From Spirochaetia bacterium (GTDB lineage: Bacteria; Spirochaetota; Spirochaetia; SZUA-6; Bin103): a DNA stretch of 64,000 nucleotides. Positions within the stretch are counted from its first letter, which is position 1, and each line of letters begins with the position of its first letter. Under the pieces are notes generated by a model. That model did no database searches. It had not been told where the DNA came from and saw nothing but the letters and a program-made list of their open reading frames with translations. The translations under genes were made by a program, and so were the position numbers. Positions 19,254 to 30,883 of the stretch are shown here, one piece after another. Where the stretch lies: assembly GCA_965199955.1 (NCBI GenBank), contig CBDATQ010000001.1:864001-928000 (forward strand), given 5' to 3'.

Positions 19254-19598
19254 ATGATCAGCAACGCAGACCTGAGCAAGGCACAGACGATCGAGAACCC
19301 CGAGGGCATCTTCCGCACCACCCTGTCGTTCGGGGACGAATCGATGCTCTGCCACTTCAAGATGACCAAGGGCTCGCGCATCCCGCTGCACAACCACGTG
19401 GCGGTGCAGAACGGTTTCGTCATCCGGGGCAAGCTGAAGTTCCACAAGGGGCAGGAGGGCAACACGTTCATCGCCGAGGCCGGCTCCAGCTATTTCTTCG
19501 CATCCGAGGAGTTCCACGGCTGCGAGGTGCTGGAGGACACCGAGGCGGTGGAGTGCTTCTCGCCCATGCGCCCGGAGTACGCTCCGGACGCGAACTGA
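19254..19598 (+). CDS. Cupin domain protein
   Basis: 'IPLHNH...QNGFVIRGKLKF' and 'GSSYFF..EEFHG' cupin motifs. Confidence 0.85.
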   Translation: MISNADLSKAQTIENPEGIFRTTLSFGDESMLCHFKMTKGSRIPLHNHVAVQNGFVIRGKLKFHKGQEGNTFIAEAGSSYFFASEEFHGCEVLEDTEAVECFSPMRPEYAPDAN

Positions 19599-19622
19599 GC
19601 CCGCGGTGGCGGTGGAGCGGAC

Positions 19623-20030
19623 ATGCCGTGCAGCGACCAGACCGAGCTGCTGACCCTGGAGCTCGATAGCCAGGACCGCATCCGCAGCTTCGCGCTCGAC
19701 AAGCGCACCTGCCACCAGCCGGTCGGCGGCGCCGCGTTGCTGCCGGTCATCCGCGACATGCCGGCCCGCGCGCTGCTCTCCGCGCCAGCCGACGACCTGA
19801 TCGATCCCCGGGTGGATGACGTGCAGGCGTTCATGCTGACCAAGCAGCTCTTCGCGCTGCAGGGGGCGATCGAGGTCCTGTACGGCCTGCCCGAGAACGG
19901 CCATCCGCAGGCGTTCGAGCTGCACGAGCTGGAACATGACGCTGACGGGACCCGGCTCGCCGGCGAGATCGCGATCAACATCATCGCGGAGCAGATCAGC
20001 TCCTGCGGCGGCTGCCGCTGCTCGTTGTAG
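19623..20030 (+). CDS. Cys-rich hypothetical protein
   Basis: GGAG SD; MPCSD..., RTC, C-terminal SCGGCRC. Confidence 0.65.
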   Translation: MPCSDQTELLTLELDSQDRIRSFALDKRTCHQPVGGAALLPVIRDMPARALLSAPADDLIDPRVDDVQAFMLTKQLFALQGAIEVLYGLPENGHPQAFELHELEHDADGTRLAGEIAINIIAEQISSCGGCRCSL

Positions 20031-20090
20031 CGCCCCAAGGCCGTCGCCCAGGGCTCCGCTCATGGCCCATCCCCACCTTGCGCTTCGCTC

Positions 20091-21221
20091 GTGGTCATGG
20101 GCGACCTGGACCTGATCCGAGACGCCGCGGGGCAGGTCGGGGTGGACCTCCTCGGGATCACCGAGCCGCGCGGCTCGAAGGCGGCCCAGCGCCGCTTCGA
20201 GCGCTGGATCGAGCTCGACCGTCACGGCGAGATGCGCTACCTGGAGCGCCACGCGCCGGCCAAGACCGACGCCACCACGCTGCTTGCCGACTGCGCCTCC
20301 GTGATCGTGGTCGGGCTGAGCTACAACCGCCGACGGTCCTGCGGGTCGCACCCGGAGGCGCTCGCGGCGATGGAGCCGGCAACCGCGTCCGTGCCGGGCG
20401 GCCCGCGTGCCGCTGCCGGCCGCGTCGGCATGTATGCGTGGGGGCGCGACTACCACCGCGTGCTGCGCGGCAAGCTGCGCGATCTGATCCGGAAGCTGCA
20501 GGAGGAACTGCCGGGCGAGCGCTTCCTGTGGGGCGCCGACGCCACGCCGCTGCTGGAGACACACTACGCTGCCCGCGCCGGCCTGGGCTTCCAGGGCAAG
20601 CACACGCTGCTGATCCATCGCACGCTCGGGAGCTGGTTCGTGATCGGCGAGGTGCTGACCACCGCGTGGTTGCCGGCGACGGCCCCGGAGCCGGCGGCTG
20701 GCCGGCGGTCGCGCTGCGGCACGGCCTGCAACCACTGCCGCGACGTCTGCCCGACGGGCGCGCTGGACGACGAGTGGCGGATCGACGCGCGCCGCTGCAT
20801 CTCCTATCTGACCATCGAGCACCAGGGATCGATCCCGGTCGAGCTGCGGCCGCTGATCGGCGACTGGCTGTTCGGCTGCGATCTCTGTCAGGAGGCATGT
20901 CCGTGGAACGTGCGCGCCGCGCCGACCGGGGAGCCGGACTTCACTGCCGACCGTGCCGGGCCGACGGTCGACGTGGCCGAGGTGCTGGCGATCGAGGATC
21001 ACGACCAACTCGCCGCCCGGTTCGCCGGCACGCCGTTGATGCGCGCCGGCCGCCGCGGCCTGGTGCGCAACGCCTGCGTGGTCGCAGCCAACCTGGGTGC
21101 GCACCACCTTCTGGACAGGCTGCAGACCCTGACCGCCGACGGCGACGCGGTGGTCGCCGAGCACGCGCGCTGGGCGTGTGACCGCCTGCGCGCGGCTCCG
21201 GCCGCGGGAGCGTCCCTGTGA
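20091..21221 (+). CDS. queG: Epoxyqueuosine reductase
   Basis: YAWGRDYH, GSWFVIGE, CGTACNHCRDVCPTGA, RCISYLTIE, GCDLCQEACPWN. Confidence 0.93.
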   Translation: MVMGDLDLIRDAAGQVGVDLLGITEPRGSKAAQRRFERWIELDRHGEMRYLERHAPAKTDATTLLADCASVIVVGLSYNRRRSCGSHPEALAAMEPATASVPGGPRAAAGRVGMYAWGRDYHRVLRGKLRDLIRKLQEELPGERFLWGADATPLLETHYAARAGLGFQGKHTLLIHRTLGSWFVIGEVLTTAWLPATAPEPAAGRRSRCGTACNHCRDVCPTGALDDEWRIDARRCISYLTIEHQGSIPVELRPLIGDWLFGCDLCQEACPWNVRAAPTGEPDFTADRAGPTVDVAEVLAIEDHDQLAARFAGTPLMRAGRRGLVRNACVVAANLGAHHLLDRLQTLTADGDAVVAEHARWACDRLRAAPAAGASL

Positions 21222-22587
21222 GCGCCGCGGTGCCCGCCCGGGAGACCGTGGTCGCGGTCGCCACGCCGCCCGGCACCGGGGCGCTGGCGATCGTCCGGCT
21301 GACCGGTCCGCAGGCGATTGCGGCGGTGGCCGCCTGCTTCCGCGGCGCGGACCTCCGGCAGGTCGCCTCGCACACCGCCCACCACGGCTACATCGTCGTC
21401 GGCGACGAACCGGTGGACGACGTGGTGGTCACCGTGTTCCGCGCGCCGCGCTCCTACACCGGCGAGGACTGCGTGGAGATCACCTGTCACGGCAACCCGC
21501 TGCTGGCCGCGCGCATCGTCGACACGCTGATGGCCGGCGATCCGTCCGTCGCAGCCGCCGGCCCGGGCGAGTTCACCAAGCGCGCCTTTCTCTCCGGCAA
21601 GCTCGACCTCTCGCAGGCGGAGGCCGTGGCCGACCTGATCCGAGGCTCGGCCGACACCGCCTTGCGCGGCGCGCGCGCCCGCCTGGACGGCGCCATGGCG
21701 GCGGCGGTCGAGCCGATCCGCGGGGGGGTGCTGGACGCGCTGAGTGAGCTCGAGGTGGAACTGGACTTCGCGGAAGAGGAGGGCGACCTGGTCGATCGCA
21801 AGGCGGTACGCGCTCATCTGGAGACGGTCGCCGAGCTGCTGGCGCGTGCGGCGGAGGACCCGCTGCACGCCGAGTTGCCGTACGACGGTGTCAACGCCGC
21901 CATTCTCGGGCCGCCCAACGTGGGCAAGTCGTCGATCCTCAACCGGCTGGCCGGCAGCGAGCGGGCCATCGTCGACGCCGCCCCCGGCACCACCCGCGAT
22001 GTGATCAGGGAGGACCTGTCCATCGCCGGCATGCACGTCCGGCTGGTCGACACCGCCGGAATCCGCGCGGGGACGAGCGGCGTCGAGCGGACCGGCATCG
22101 AGCGCACGCGGGAGGCGGCGGCGCAGGCCGACGTGGCGATCCTGGTCGGCGACGCCCGCACCGGCTTGTCGTCCGAGGTGCGGGCGGAAGTGGAGGCGCT
22201 GATCCCCGCCGCGCGACTGATCCCGGTGCTCAACAAGGCCGACCTGCTGAACGGGACGCCGCCCGCTCCGCCGCTCGACGGCGCGCTGCTGGTATCGGCG
22301 CGCACCGGCGCCGGCGTCCCGGAGCTGGCGTCGGCCGTGCGCGACCGGGCGGCCGGGGTCGACTACACCGAGCGCGGCGCCGCGGTGGCCGGCGCCCGCC
22401 ATCGCCGCGCCCTGCGGGATGCACTGGCCGAGGTCGAAACCGCGCGGCGGCTGCTCGCCGCCCGCACGGAAGCGGAGCTGGTCGCCGTGCACCTGCGCGC
22501 CGCGACCCTCTGTCTGCACGAGATCCTGGGCGTGGTGACCACCGACGACATCCTGAACCGCATCTTCTCGCGATTCTGCATCGGCAA

Positions 22588-22591
<4 letters not shown>
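21218..22591 (+). CDS. mnmE: tRNA modification GTPase
   Basis: SYTGED, GEFTKRAF, GPPNVGKSS, GTTRD, DTAG, NKAD, FCIGK. Confidence 0.96.
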
Positions 22592-24504
<1,913 letters not shown>

Positions 24505-24520
24505 CGCAGTCTTCCCCATC

Positions 24521-25159
24521 GTGCCGAACCATGAGCTGATCGCCCGCCGCGACCTTTCGCCGAGCGCTTACGTGCTGCGCATCGAGCGTGGGGAGATGCA
24601 GTTCACTCCCGGGCAATACATCACCGTGGGCGCGGCCGGCGATGTCGAGTCGCGGGAGTACTCCGTGTACTCCGGCGCCGGAGACCCCTACCTAGAGGTG
24701 CTGATCAAGGAGGTGTCCGGCGGCTCCGTCTCCCGCCGACTGCGACGCCTGCCGTCCGGCAGCCCGCTGGCCGTGGAAGGGCCCTTCGGCTTCTTCACCG
24801 TCGCCGCCGAGCACGCGCGCGGCCCCGTCCTGTTCGTGGCGTCCGGCACCGGCATCGCGCCGTTCCGGGCGATGGTGCGCAGCGATCCCGCGCTGGACTA
24901 CCTGCTGCTGCACGGGGTGCGAACGCTCGACGACTGCTACGAGACCGAGGCGTATGCGGCCGACCGGTACGTTCCGTGCGTGAGCCGCGGTTCGGGCGGG
25001 TACCGGGGCCACGTCACCGACTACCTGCGCGAGCACCCGGTCGCGGCGTCTACCCCCTGCTTCCTGTGCGGCAACAGCGCCATGATCTTTGCCGCCTTCG
25101 ACCTCCTCAAGCGGCAGGGCGTCCCCAGCGAGCATCTGTTCGCGGAGGTGTATTTCTAG
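24521..25159 (+). CDS. FAD/NAD(P)-binding oxidoreductase (ferredoxin-NADP reductase-like)
   Basis: PGQY, REYS, GPFGFF, SGTGIAPF, LCGN, C-terminal EVYF. Confidence 0.85.
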   Translation: MPNHELIARRDLSPSAYVLRIERGEMQFTPGQYITVGAAGDVESREYSVYSGAGDPYLEVLIKEVSGGSVSRRLRRLPSGSPLAVEGPFGFFTVAAEHARGPVLFVASGTGIAPFRAMVRSDPALDYLLLHGVRTLDDCYETEAYAADRYVPCVSRGSGGYRGHVTDYLREHPVAASTPCFLCGNSAMIFAAFDLLKRQGVPSEHLFAEVYF

Positions 25160-25412
25160 CCCGAAGTTCCGGAGCGTGAATCTCTCGTAACTTCATTGAC
25201 AGAAATTATTTGCAAGGTGATCAACGTGCTGACTGGCGTCGTTTCGTGTCCATGTAGTCGGGGGTGAATAGCGGCGAAGGACATGCTATCTGATCTTTAC
25301 ATATCGTGATTTGGGTGCATGCTGTTGCCACAGATCGGTAGTCAGGTACATCGAGTCCGTCCCCAACCGCTCCTCTCCCCCTGCCATCCTGCTCCGCGAG
25401 TCCTGCCGCGAG
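25156..25412 (+). mobile_element. IS1634-like left end plus N-terminal transposase fragment
   Basis: CTAGCCCGAAGTTCC terminus-like sequence and AT-rich leader; 25344-25412 reads (R)YIESVPNRSSPPAILLRESCRE, like IS1634 transposase N-termini (from memory), with AGG at the expected start codon. Confidence 0.6.
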
Positions 25413-25590
25413 CACGCTGCATCTCCCGCAGCGTGCTGCCGCGCAGCACCTGGTCGCCGCCGGCCGGTCCGTACCCGACGGCCAGCGTAGGATCGTCGGG
25501 ATGCGGCGCCCGGACCAGCGTGTCGCGCATGCCGAGGGGGGCCAGGATGCGCTGCTGCACGAAGTCCTCGGATGCCTGACCGGACATCGC
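25413..25590 (-). pseudogene. Serine hydrolase/beta-lactamase-like fragment
   Basis: 'SGQASEDFVQQRILAPLGMRDT' and 'STLREMQR' segments; no SxxK region. Confidence 0.5.
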
Positions 25591-25624
25591 ATGATTGTGT
25601 TTCGCATGCAATATTCAAGTAGAG

Positions 25625-25718
25625 GTGACGGAATACACGAGATTGCTGCAGTTGCGGACCCATCCACCGGCAACGTTCTTCCTCTGGGGACCGCGGCAGA
25701 CGGGCAAGAGCACCCTGC
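25625..25718 (+). pseudogene. N-terminal fragment of an AAA ATPase (AAA_14/DUF4143-type)
   Basis: VTEYTRLLQL...FFLWGPRQTGKSTL Walker A, interrupted right after the P-loop. Confidence 0.6.
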
Positions 25719-26222
25719 ACTGGCTGGCACCGTTTCGCCGTCGAACACGCGTCGCTTCGTCTGATCCACCACCCGCGCGACCAGCTCCAGGCAGGCGCCC
25801 ATCTCGGCACACCAACTCCCGGCCCACTGATCAGTTACGCAACACACGCGCGCTCGCGCCGCTGTCGCATAGCCGATCGTCTGCGCCACCAGCCTCAGCA
25901 GCCGCCGATAGGTGGCCGCCCGCCGCCGCGCACCGCGCCCCGAGCGGATCTCCTGCTCGCGTCGCTTGGCAGCGCGGCAGTGGTCGCAAGACGACACCCA
26001 CGGCAGGTGCCCACCCGCCTGTCGCAGCAACCACGTCAGCACCCGCACGCCGTCGATGCTTCTCCAGGCCTCCGCGTCGATCGCCTTGATGCCGGCGTGC
26101 AACGCCGGCTTTTTCGGCACCTCGTGCGGATCGATGATGACCGAAACACCGTTTCTTTGTCCGCCCCTTTCAGGCCCTCAACTCGAACCTGTTCAACGAG
26201 TTGTGAGTTTGCGGACAGGAAC
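25719..26222 (-). mobile_element. Internally deleted IS5/ISNCY-like transposase remnant with one IS end
   Basis: 'DGVRVLT..LLRQA...DHCRAAKRR...YRRLL...VVDQTKRRVFDGETVPA' resembles such transposases (from memory); terminus-like GTTCCTGTCCGCAAACTC at 26205-26222. Confidence 0.6.
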
Positions 26223-27880
26223 TAACGAAGATAGTACCGTCGCGCCCGCGTATTGCCCTCGGCACGCACCAGCCCCGCCTGTTCGAGCTTCCTGAGCGTG
26301 CGGCGCACGGCAGCAGCCGAAGCCCCGAGCACCCTGACGCCCTCCGTGGTGGAGAGGCTGCCACGGCGGCGTATCTCATCCAGCAGCGCCTGCGAGCTGG
26401 TCTTGTCGGCGCCGCCGGCCGTCCGGACGATCCAGTCGGAAAGCACGTAGCGCGAGCCGCCACGCGCACCGACACGGGTCAGCAGCCCGTTCGCGTGGGC
26501 GCCGGCGAGTAGCCGCTGGATGTCCACACCGGGCATGGCCTCGCGAAGCTGGCGGGGAGTGGTACTTCCACCCGCTTGTCGCAGTTCGAGGAGCAGGCGG
26601 CGTTCGTCGGCACTCAGGTGCATTCCGGCAAGCCCTTGCAGCCACAACTGATCCGCCACGTCGATCACGCTGTGGCTGTACAGCGTCACGGTCACCGAGC
26701 TGTCGGTTGCGGCAAAGACCGGAGGTTCGAGCAGCCGGGACTCCATTTCCCGGTACATGCGCTCGATCCCCTCGCCGTACTCTTCTACCAGGCCGAGCGT
26801 CTTCAGAACGCGCATGATGCGGGGATTGCGGCTGTAGTGTTCGGCGCGCATGTTGTCGAGGGTGATGTGTCCGGGCAGCGGCCCGGGGCTGTGAACCTCG
26901 ACCCGATCGTCCCAGACGGTGATGTCCACCGTACTGCCATGCAGGCCGTAGTCGCGGTGTGCGAGCGCGTTGACGATGGCTTCACGCAGGACCGCCCGCG
27001 GGTATGCGGGCAGCACCTCCCGCCGCGAACCCGTGACCGCTTCCACGTGCCGCGTGTGGTCGGCGATGAAGCGCAGGCAGCAGTCGACCGTGCCTGCGAG
27101 CGGTTCGGAGCACTCCTCGCGAGCGGCGGCGGGCCCCGGGCCGGCACCCACGCCGACGCGGCGTACAAGCTGCACCGCCGCGCCGCGAATGAAGTCACGT
27201 GGTGCTGCTGCGAACAGAACCACGGCGGCCTTCAGCACGCTGGTCGCGAGCGGCGGCGGCGCACTGGCGGCAACGCCGAGGTCGACCAGGGCGCGAGGCA
27301 ATTGAGTGCGTCCTGCCGGAGATCGCCCTTCTGCCGCCAGCGCCTGGTGTATCGCGTCCGGGCTGAATGCTCGTTCGTCGACGGCCGCAAGGGGCTCGTC
27401 TTCGGCCGATCGGTGCTCCCGCTCGCGGACGAACCGGCCCATGGCGTCGCCGCGAATGGGCTGCGAGTCGCCGCCGACGCGTCGAAGCAGCCGGCCGTCG
27501 GGGTTGGTGACGATCCGTCGGCGCACCTCCGGCACGGCGGTGATCGTCAGCTCGTGCTGTCCGACGACCACGGTGCGGACCTGTACGTCGACGCCGCACT
27601 CGGAGGCGATCCGGGTGATCCGGTCCTGGGTGTTCTGCGACAGCGGACAGCCGACGATGGTACGGCGGTCGTCGACGCCGTGGACGATGAGGCCGCCGTG
27701 CGTCATGGCCATGGCGGCGATGGTGTCTTGGATGCCGGTCGAGACGCCCCGCTTGAAGTCGAGCTGTTCGTGCTCGACCACGCCGAACAGGGCCCAGAAC
27801 GCCTCGTCGGTGAGCGTTCGGGGAATGTCACCGAGCGAAGGCAGGGTGCTCACATTCGCATGATTATCGAATCTTTTCAC
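26222..27880 (-). CDS. AlbA_2 (Schlafen-like) + HATPase-like + HTH protein (RecG C-terminal-like family)
   Basis: EHEQLDFK, AMAMTHGGLIVHGVDD, REAIVNALAHRDY, SPGPLP, RNPRI, EEYGEGI, C-terminal winged-HTH-like segments. Start uncertain. Confidence 0.85.
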   Translation of the reverse strand: MKRFDNHANVSTLPSLGDIPRTLTDEAFWALFGVVEHEQLDFKRGVSTGIQDTIAAMAMTHGGLIVHGVDDRRTIVGCPLSQNTQDRITRIASECGVDVQVRTVVVGQHELTITAVPEVRRRIVTNPDGRLLRRVGGDSQPIRGDAMGRFVREREHRSAEDEPLAAVDERAFSPDAIHQALAAEGRSPAGRTQLPRALVDLGVAASAPPPLATSVLKAAVVLFAAAPRDFIRGAAVQLVRRVGVGAGPGPAAAREECSEPLAGTVDCCLRFIADHTRHVEAVTGSRREVLPAYPRAVLREAIVNALAHRDYGLHGSTVDITVWDDRVEVHSPGPLPGHITLDNMRAEHYSRNPRIMRVLKTLGLVEEYGEGIERMYREMESRLLEPPVFAATDSSVTVTLYSHSVIDVADQLWLQGLAGMHLSADERRLLLELRQAGGSTTPRQLREAMPGVDIQRLLAGAHANGLLTRVGARGGSRYVLSDWIVRTAGGADKTSSQALLDEIRRRGSLSTTEGVRVLGASAAAVRRTLRKLEQAGLVRAEGNTRARRYYLR

Positions 27881-28044
27881 TCAAATCAATCTATCTATGA
27901 TTTGATTGGAAATATTGTAAAATCTTTTGGGACGGTTGCGGCGACTCCCGAGCCCGGCCGTTTCCGCCACGGCGATCCAGGACGCTGGCGGGACGCTCCG
28001 TCGGTTGTCGATGGCGGGGGCGAGCTATTATGCTCGGCAGCGGC

Positions 28045-29397
28045 ATGACATACCATCTGGTGTCGTTCGGCTGCCAGATGAACCTCTCCGACACCGAACG
28101 GATCGCCACGGTGCTGGACTCCGCGGGGTTCGCGAGGACCGAGCGAGAGGAAGACGCGGACCTGATCGGCGCGATCGCCTGCTCGGTACGGCAGCGGGCG
28201 ATCGACCGGGTGGACGCCCGCATCGAGCGCTGGAACTCCTGGAAGGCGCAGCGCCCCCTGCTCACCTTCGTCTCCGGCTGCGTATTGCCGCACGACGAGC
28301 CGCGGCTTGCCGGAAAGTTCGACTTCCTGGTGCGCACCGCCGACGTGCCGTCGCTCCCCGACCTGATCCGCCAGGACGGGTTGGTGACCCCCGCCTCGGG
28401 CGCCGGCTATCTGGGCACCGACGACGCCTTCTGGAAGATCATCCCGCGCTACTCCTCCGACCACGCCGCCTTCGTGCCGATCCAGAACGGCTGCGACAAG
28501 CTCTGCACCTTCTGCGCCGTGCCCTACACCCGTGGGCGTGAGGTATCGCGGCCGTCCGCCGGGATCCTGGACGAGGTGGGGCGCCTGGTCGGCCGCGGCT
28601 ACAACTCGATCACCCTGCTCGGCCAGAACGTCAACTCCTACGGCACCGACACGTCGGGTGAGTGCAGCTTCGCCGAGTTGCTCGACCGCGTGGCCTGCCT
28701 GTGCGAGAAGGCCGGCCGCACGATATGGGTCTACTACACCTCTCCGCACCCACAGGACATGACGACCGAAGTGCTGGAGACCATGGCCGCCCACCCGTCG
28801 ATCGCCAAGCAGGTGCACCTGCCGCTGCAGTCCGGGGACGACAAGGTCCTGATCCGCATGAACCGCAACTACCGGCTTGATCGCTACCGCCGCATCGTCG
28901 ACGACATCCGGCGCATCCTGCCGCAGGCAACGCTGTCCACGGACGTCATCGTCGGCTTTACCGGCGAGACCGGCGAGCAGTTCGAGCAGACCCGCCGCGC
29001 GATGCGCGAGTTCCGGTTCAACATGGCCTACATCGCCGCCTACTCGCCGCGTCCCGGCGCCGCCAGCTCCCGCTGGGCGGACGACGTGCCGGCCGCGGTG
29101 AAGAAGGAGCGCGTGCAGATCCTCTCCGACGAGCTGCAGCGTTCGGCCGGCGCCTACAACGCCGCCCTGGTCGGCAGCACGCTGCCGGTCCTGGTCGAGG
29201 GGCCGGCCCGCCGCGCCGGTCATCTGACGGGTCGTACCGAGGGACGGGTGATCGTCCGCTTCCCGGAGCGGGCCGGCGTCATGCCCGGCCACATCGTGCC
29301 GGTGCGGATCACGGGCGCCGCGCCGCTCTCCGTGGAAGGGGAGGCCGAGGCCGCGCCCGGCGAAGCCGACACGCCCGCCTGCGAGCTTGCCTCATGA
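28045..29397 (+). CDS. miaB: tRNA-2-methylthio-N6-dimethylallyladenosine synthase
   Basis: FGCQMN, CSVR, GCDKLCTFCAVPYTRG, LLGQNVNSY, HLPLQSG, DVIVGF, YSPRPG, TRAM domain. Confidence 0.93.
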   Translation: MTYHLVSFGCQMNLSDTERIATVLDSAGFARTEREEDADLIGAIACSVRQRAIDRVDARIERWNSWKAQRPLLTFVSGCVLPHDEPRLAGKFDFLVRTADVPSLPDLIRQDGLVTPASGAGYLGTDDAFWKIIPRYSSDHAAFVPIQNGCDKLCTFCAVPYTRGREVSRPSAGILDEVGRLVGRGYNSITLLGQNVNSYGTDTSGECSFAELLDRVACLCEKAGRTIWVYYTSPHPQDMTTEVLETMAAHPSIAKQVHLPLQSGDDKVLIRMNRNYRLDRYRRIVDDIRRILPQATLSTDVIVGFTGETGEQFEQTRRAMREFRFNMAYIAAYSPRPGAASSRWADDVPAAVKKERVQILSDELQRSAGAYNAALVGSTLPVLVEGPARRAGHLTGRTEGRVIVRFPERAGVMPGHIVPVRITGAAPLSVEGEAEAAPGEADTPACELAS

Positions 29398-30710
29398 GCG
29401 CCGCCAGGACCGCCGTCGGCATCGGCGACATCGCCCTGTACCTGCCGTCGCTGCAGGTCGACATCGGCGCGCTCATCCGCCGCCGCATCGAGGAGAACCC
29501 GCTGCTGCGCAAGGCGCTCAAGCGGGCATTCGAGTACACGCAGCAGGAGAAGGTGCGCTTCCCGGCATGGTGGGAGGATTGCGCGACCATGGCCGCCCAG
29601 GCAGCCCTGCGGCTGCTGACGCGCGGAACCCTGTCGCTGGCCGACCTGCGCTACCTGGCCGTGGGCACCGAGACCACCGTTGACCACAGCAAGCCGGTCG
29701 CCGCCTACGTCGAGGGGATGCTGCAGGAGGCCGGCTGCGAGGTGCCGGAAGGCATCTCCACCTTCCAGATCCAGCACGCCTGCGCGGGCGGCATGATCTC
29801 GCTGCTGGCCGTGCTCGCACTGCTGGCGCTGACCAACCGGCCGGCCGAGAGCGGCGTCGTCGTCTGCTCGGACGTCGCCCGCTACGACGCCGCCTCGACC
29901 GCGGAGCTCACCCAGGGCGCGGGCGCCGTCGCCATGAGCGCCTGCGTCGACCCCAAGCTGCTGGAGATCGACGTGGCCACCGCCGGCTACTCGTCGAGCG
30001 ACGTGGACGACTTCTTCCGGCCGCTCGGCTCCGACACCGCTCGCGTGAAGGGCGGCTACTCGCTGAAGTGCTACAAGCAGGCGGTCAGCCAGGCGCTGCT
30101 CGACCACTGCGCGCGCGCCGGCCGGGAACCGCGCGAGGTGCTGGCTGCCACCGATGCGTTCGCCCTGCACAGCCCGTTCATGACGCTGCCGGTGGAAGCG
30201 ATGGGCGAGTTGATCGGCCGGCATCTGAACCTGGACGAGGCCGCCAGCCGGGCGTTCCTGGCGGAGCGCGATCTGGACGCGGCCGTCGCACCGGTGGGCC
30301 AGATCGGCAACATCTACTCCGGCGCGCTGTTCCTGGGGCTGGCTTCCGTGCTCTGGAAGCGCTACCGGCGGCTGGGCGACGACATCGTGGGCCGCCAGGT
30401 GCTGCTGTTCTCCTACGGTTCCGGCAACACGGCGGTGGTGGTCGCGGGCCGCGTGGCCGCGGGAGCCCCCGACGTGATCCGGTCCTGGACCCTGGAAGAG
30501 GAGCTCGACCACGCGGTCCCGGCGACCTTCGGTCAGTACGACCGGTGGATGGGGGGCCCCGAGTCAGCGCCGAACAGGGCGGACGGCGCGGCGTCGGACG
30601 ACGGAGCCGTTGGTGACGACGAAGTCGTGCCGGCCAAGCGGTTCTATCTGAGCGGCATTCGCGATGACGGCTACCGCCTCTACGACTACCAGAGAAACGC
30701 ACGCCAGTAG
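29394..30710 (+). CDS. mvaS: HMG-CoA synthase
   Basis: VGTETTVDHSKP, QHACAGG (catalytic Cys), SDVARY, ELTQGAGAVA, DFFRP, GNIYSG, FSYGSG. Confidence 0.9.
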   Translation: MSAARTAVGIGDIALYLPSLQVDIGALIRRRIEENPLLRKALKRAFEYTQQEKVRFPAWWEDCATMAAQAALRLLTRGTLSLADLRYLAVGTETTVDHSKPVAAYVEGMLQEAGCEVPEGISTFQIQHACAGGMISLLAVLALLALTNRPAESGVVVCSDVARYDAASTAELTQGAGAVAMSACVDPKLLEIDVATAGYSSSDVDDFFRPLGSDTARVKGGYSLKCYKQAVSQALLDHCARAGREPREVLAATDAFALHSPFMTLPVEAMGELIGRHLNLDEAASRAFLAERDLDAAVAPVGQIGNIYSGALFLGLASVLWKRYRRLGDDIVGRQVLLFSYGSGNTAVVVAGRVAAGAPDVIRSWTLEEELDHAVPATFGQYDRWMGGPESAPNRADGAASDDGAVGDDEVVPAKRFYLSGIRDDGYRLYDYQRNARQ

Positions 30711-30754
30711 GACTCCATGGCGATGGCGCGTGAGCGCCATGGCCGATGGAGTCC
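30710..30754. repeat. Imperfect inverted repeat (hairpin) after mvaS
   Basis: GGACTCCATGGCGATGGCGC-gtga-GCGCCATGGCCGATGGAGTCC. Confidence 0.6.
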
Positions 30755-30883
30755 GTAGCGGAGGTGGGGATGCGCCAACAGCGGAGCTGCAGGCGACGGT
30801 GTTGGGGCGGTAGCTCCTTACCTTCGAGGCGGTAAAGGCGCGATGACGGATGGTACCGGCCGGCGCCGGCTGAACGACACGCC

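Noticed and set aside
30755..30883. Possible idi remnant in the mvaS-mvaA gap
   Set aside because: No recognisable IPP-isomerase motif in the frames I read.
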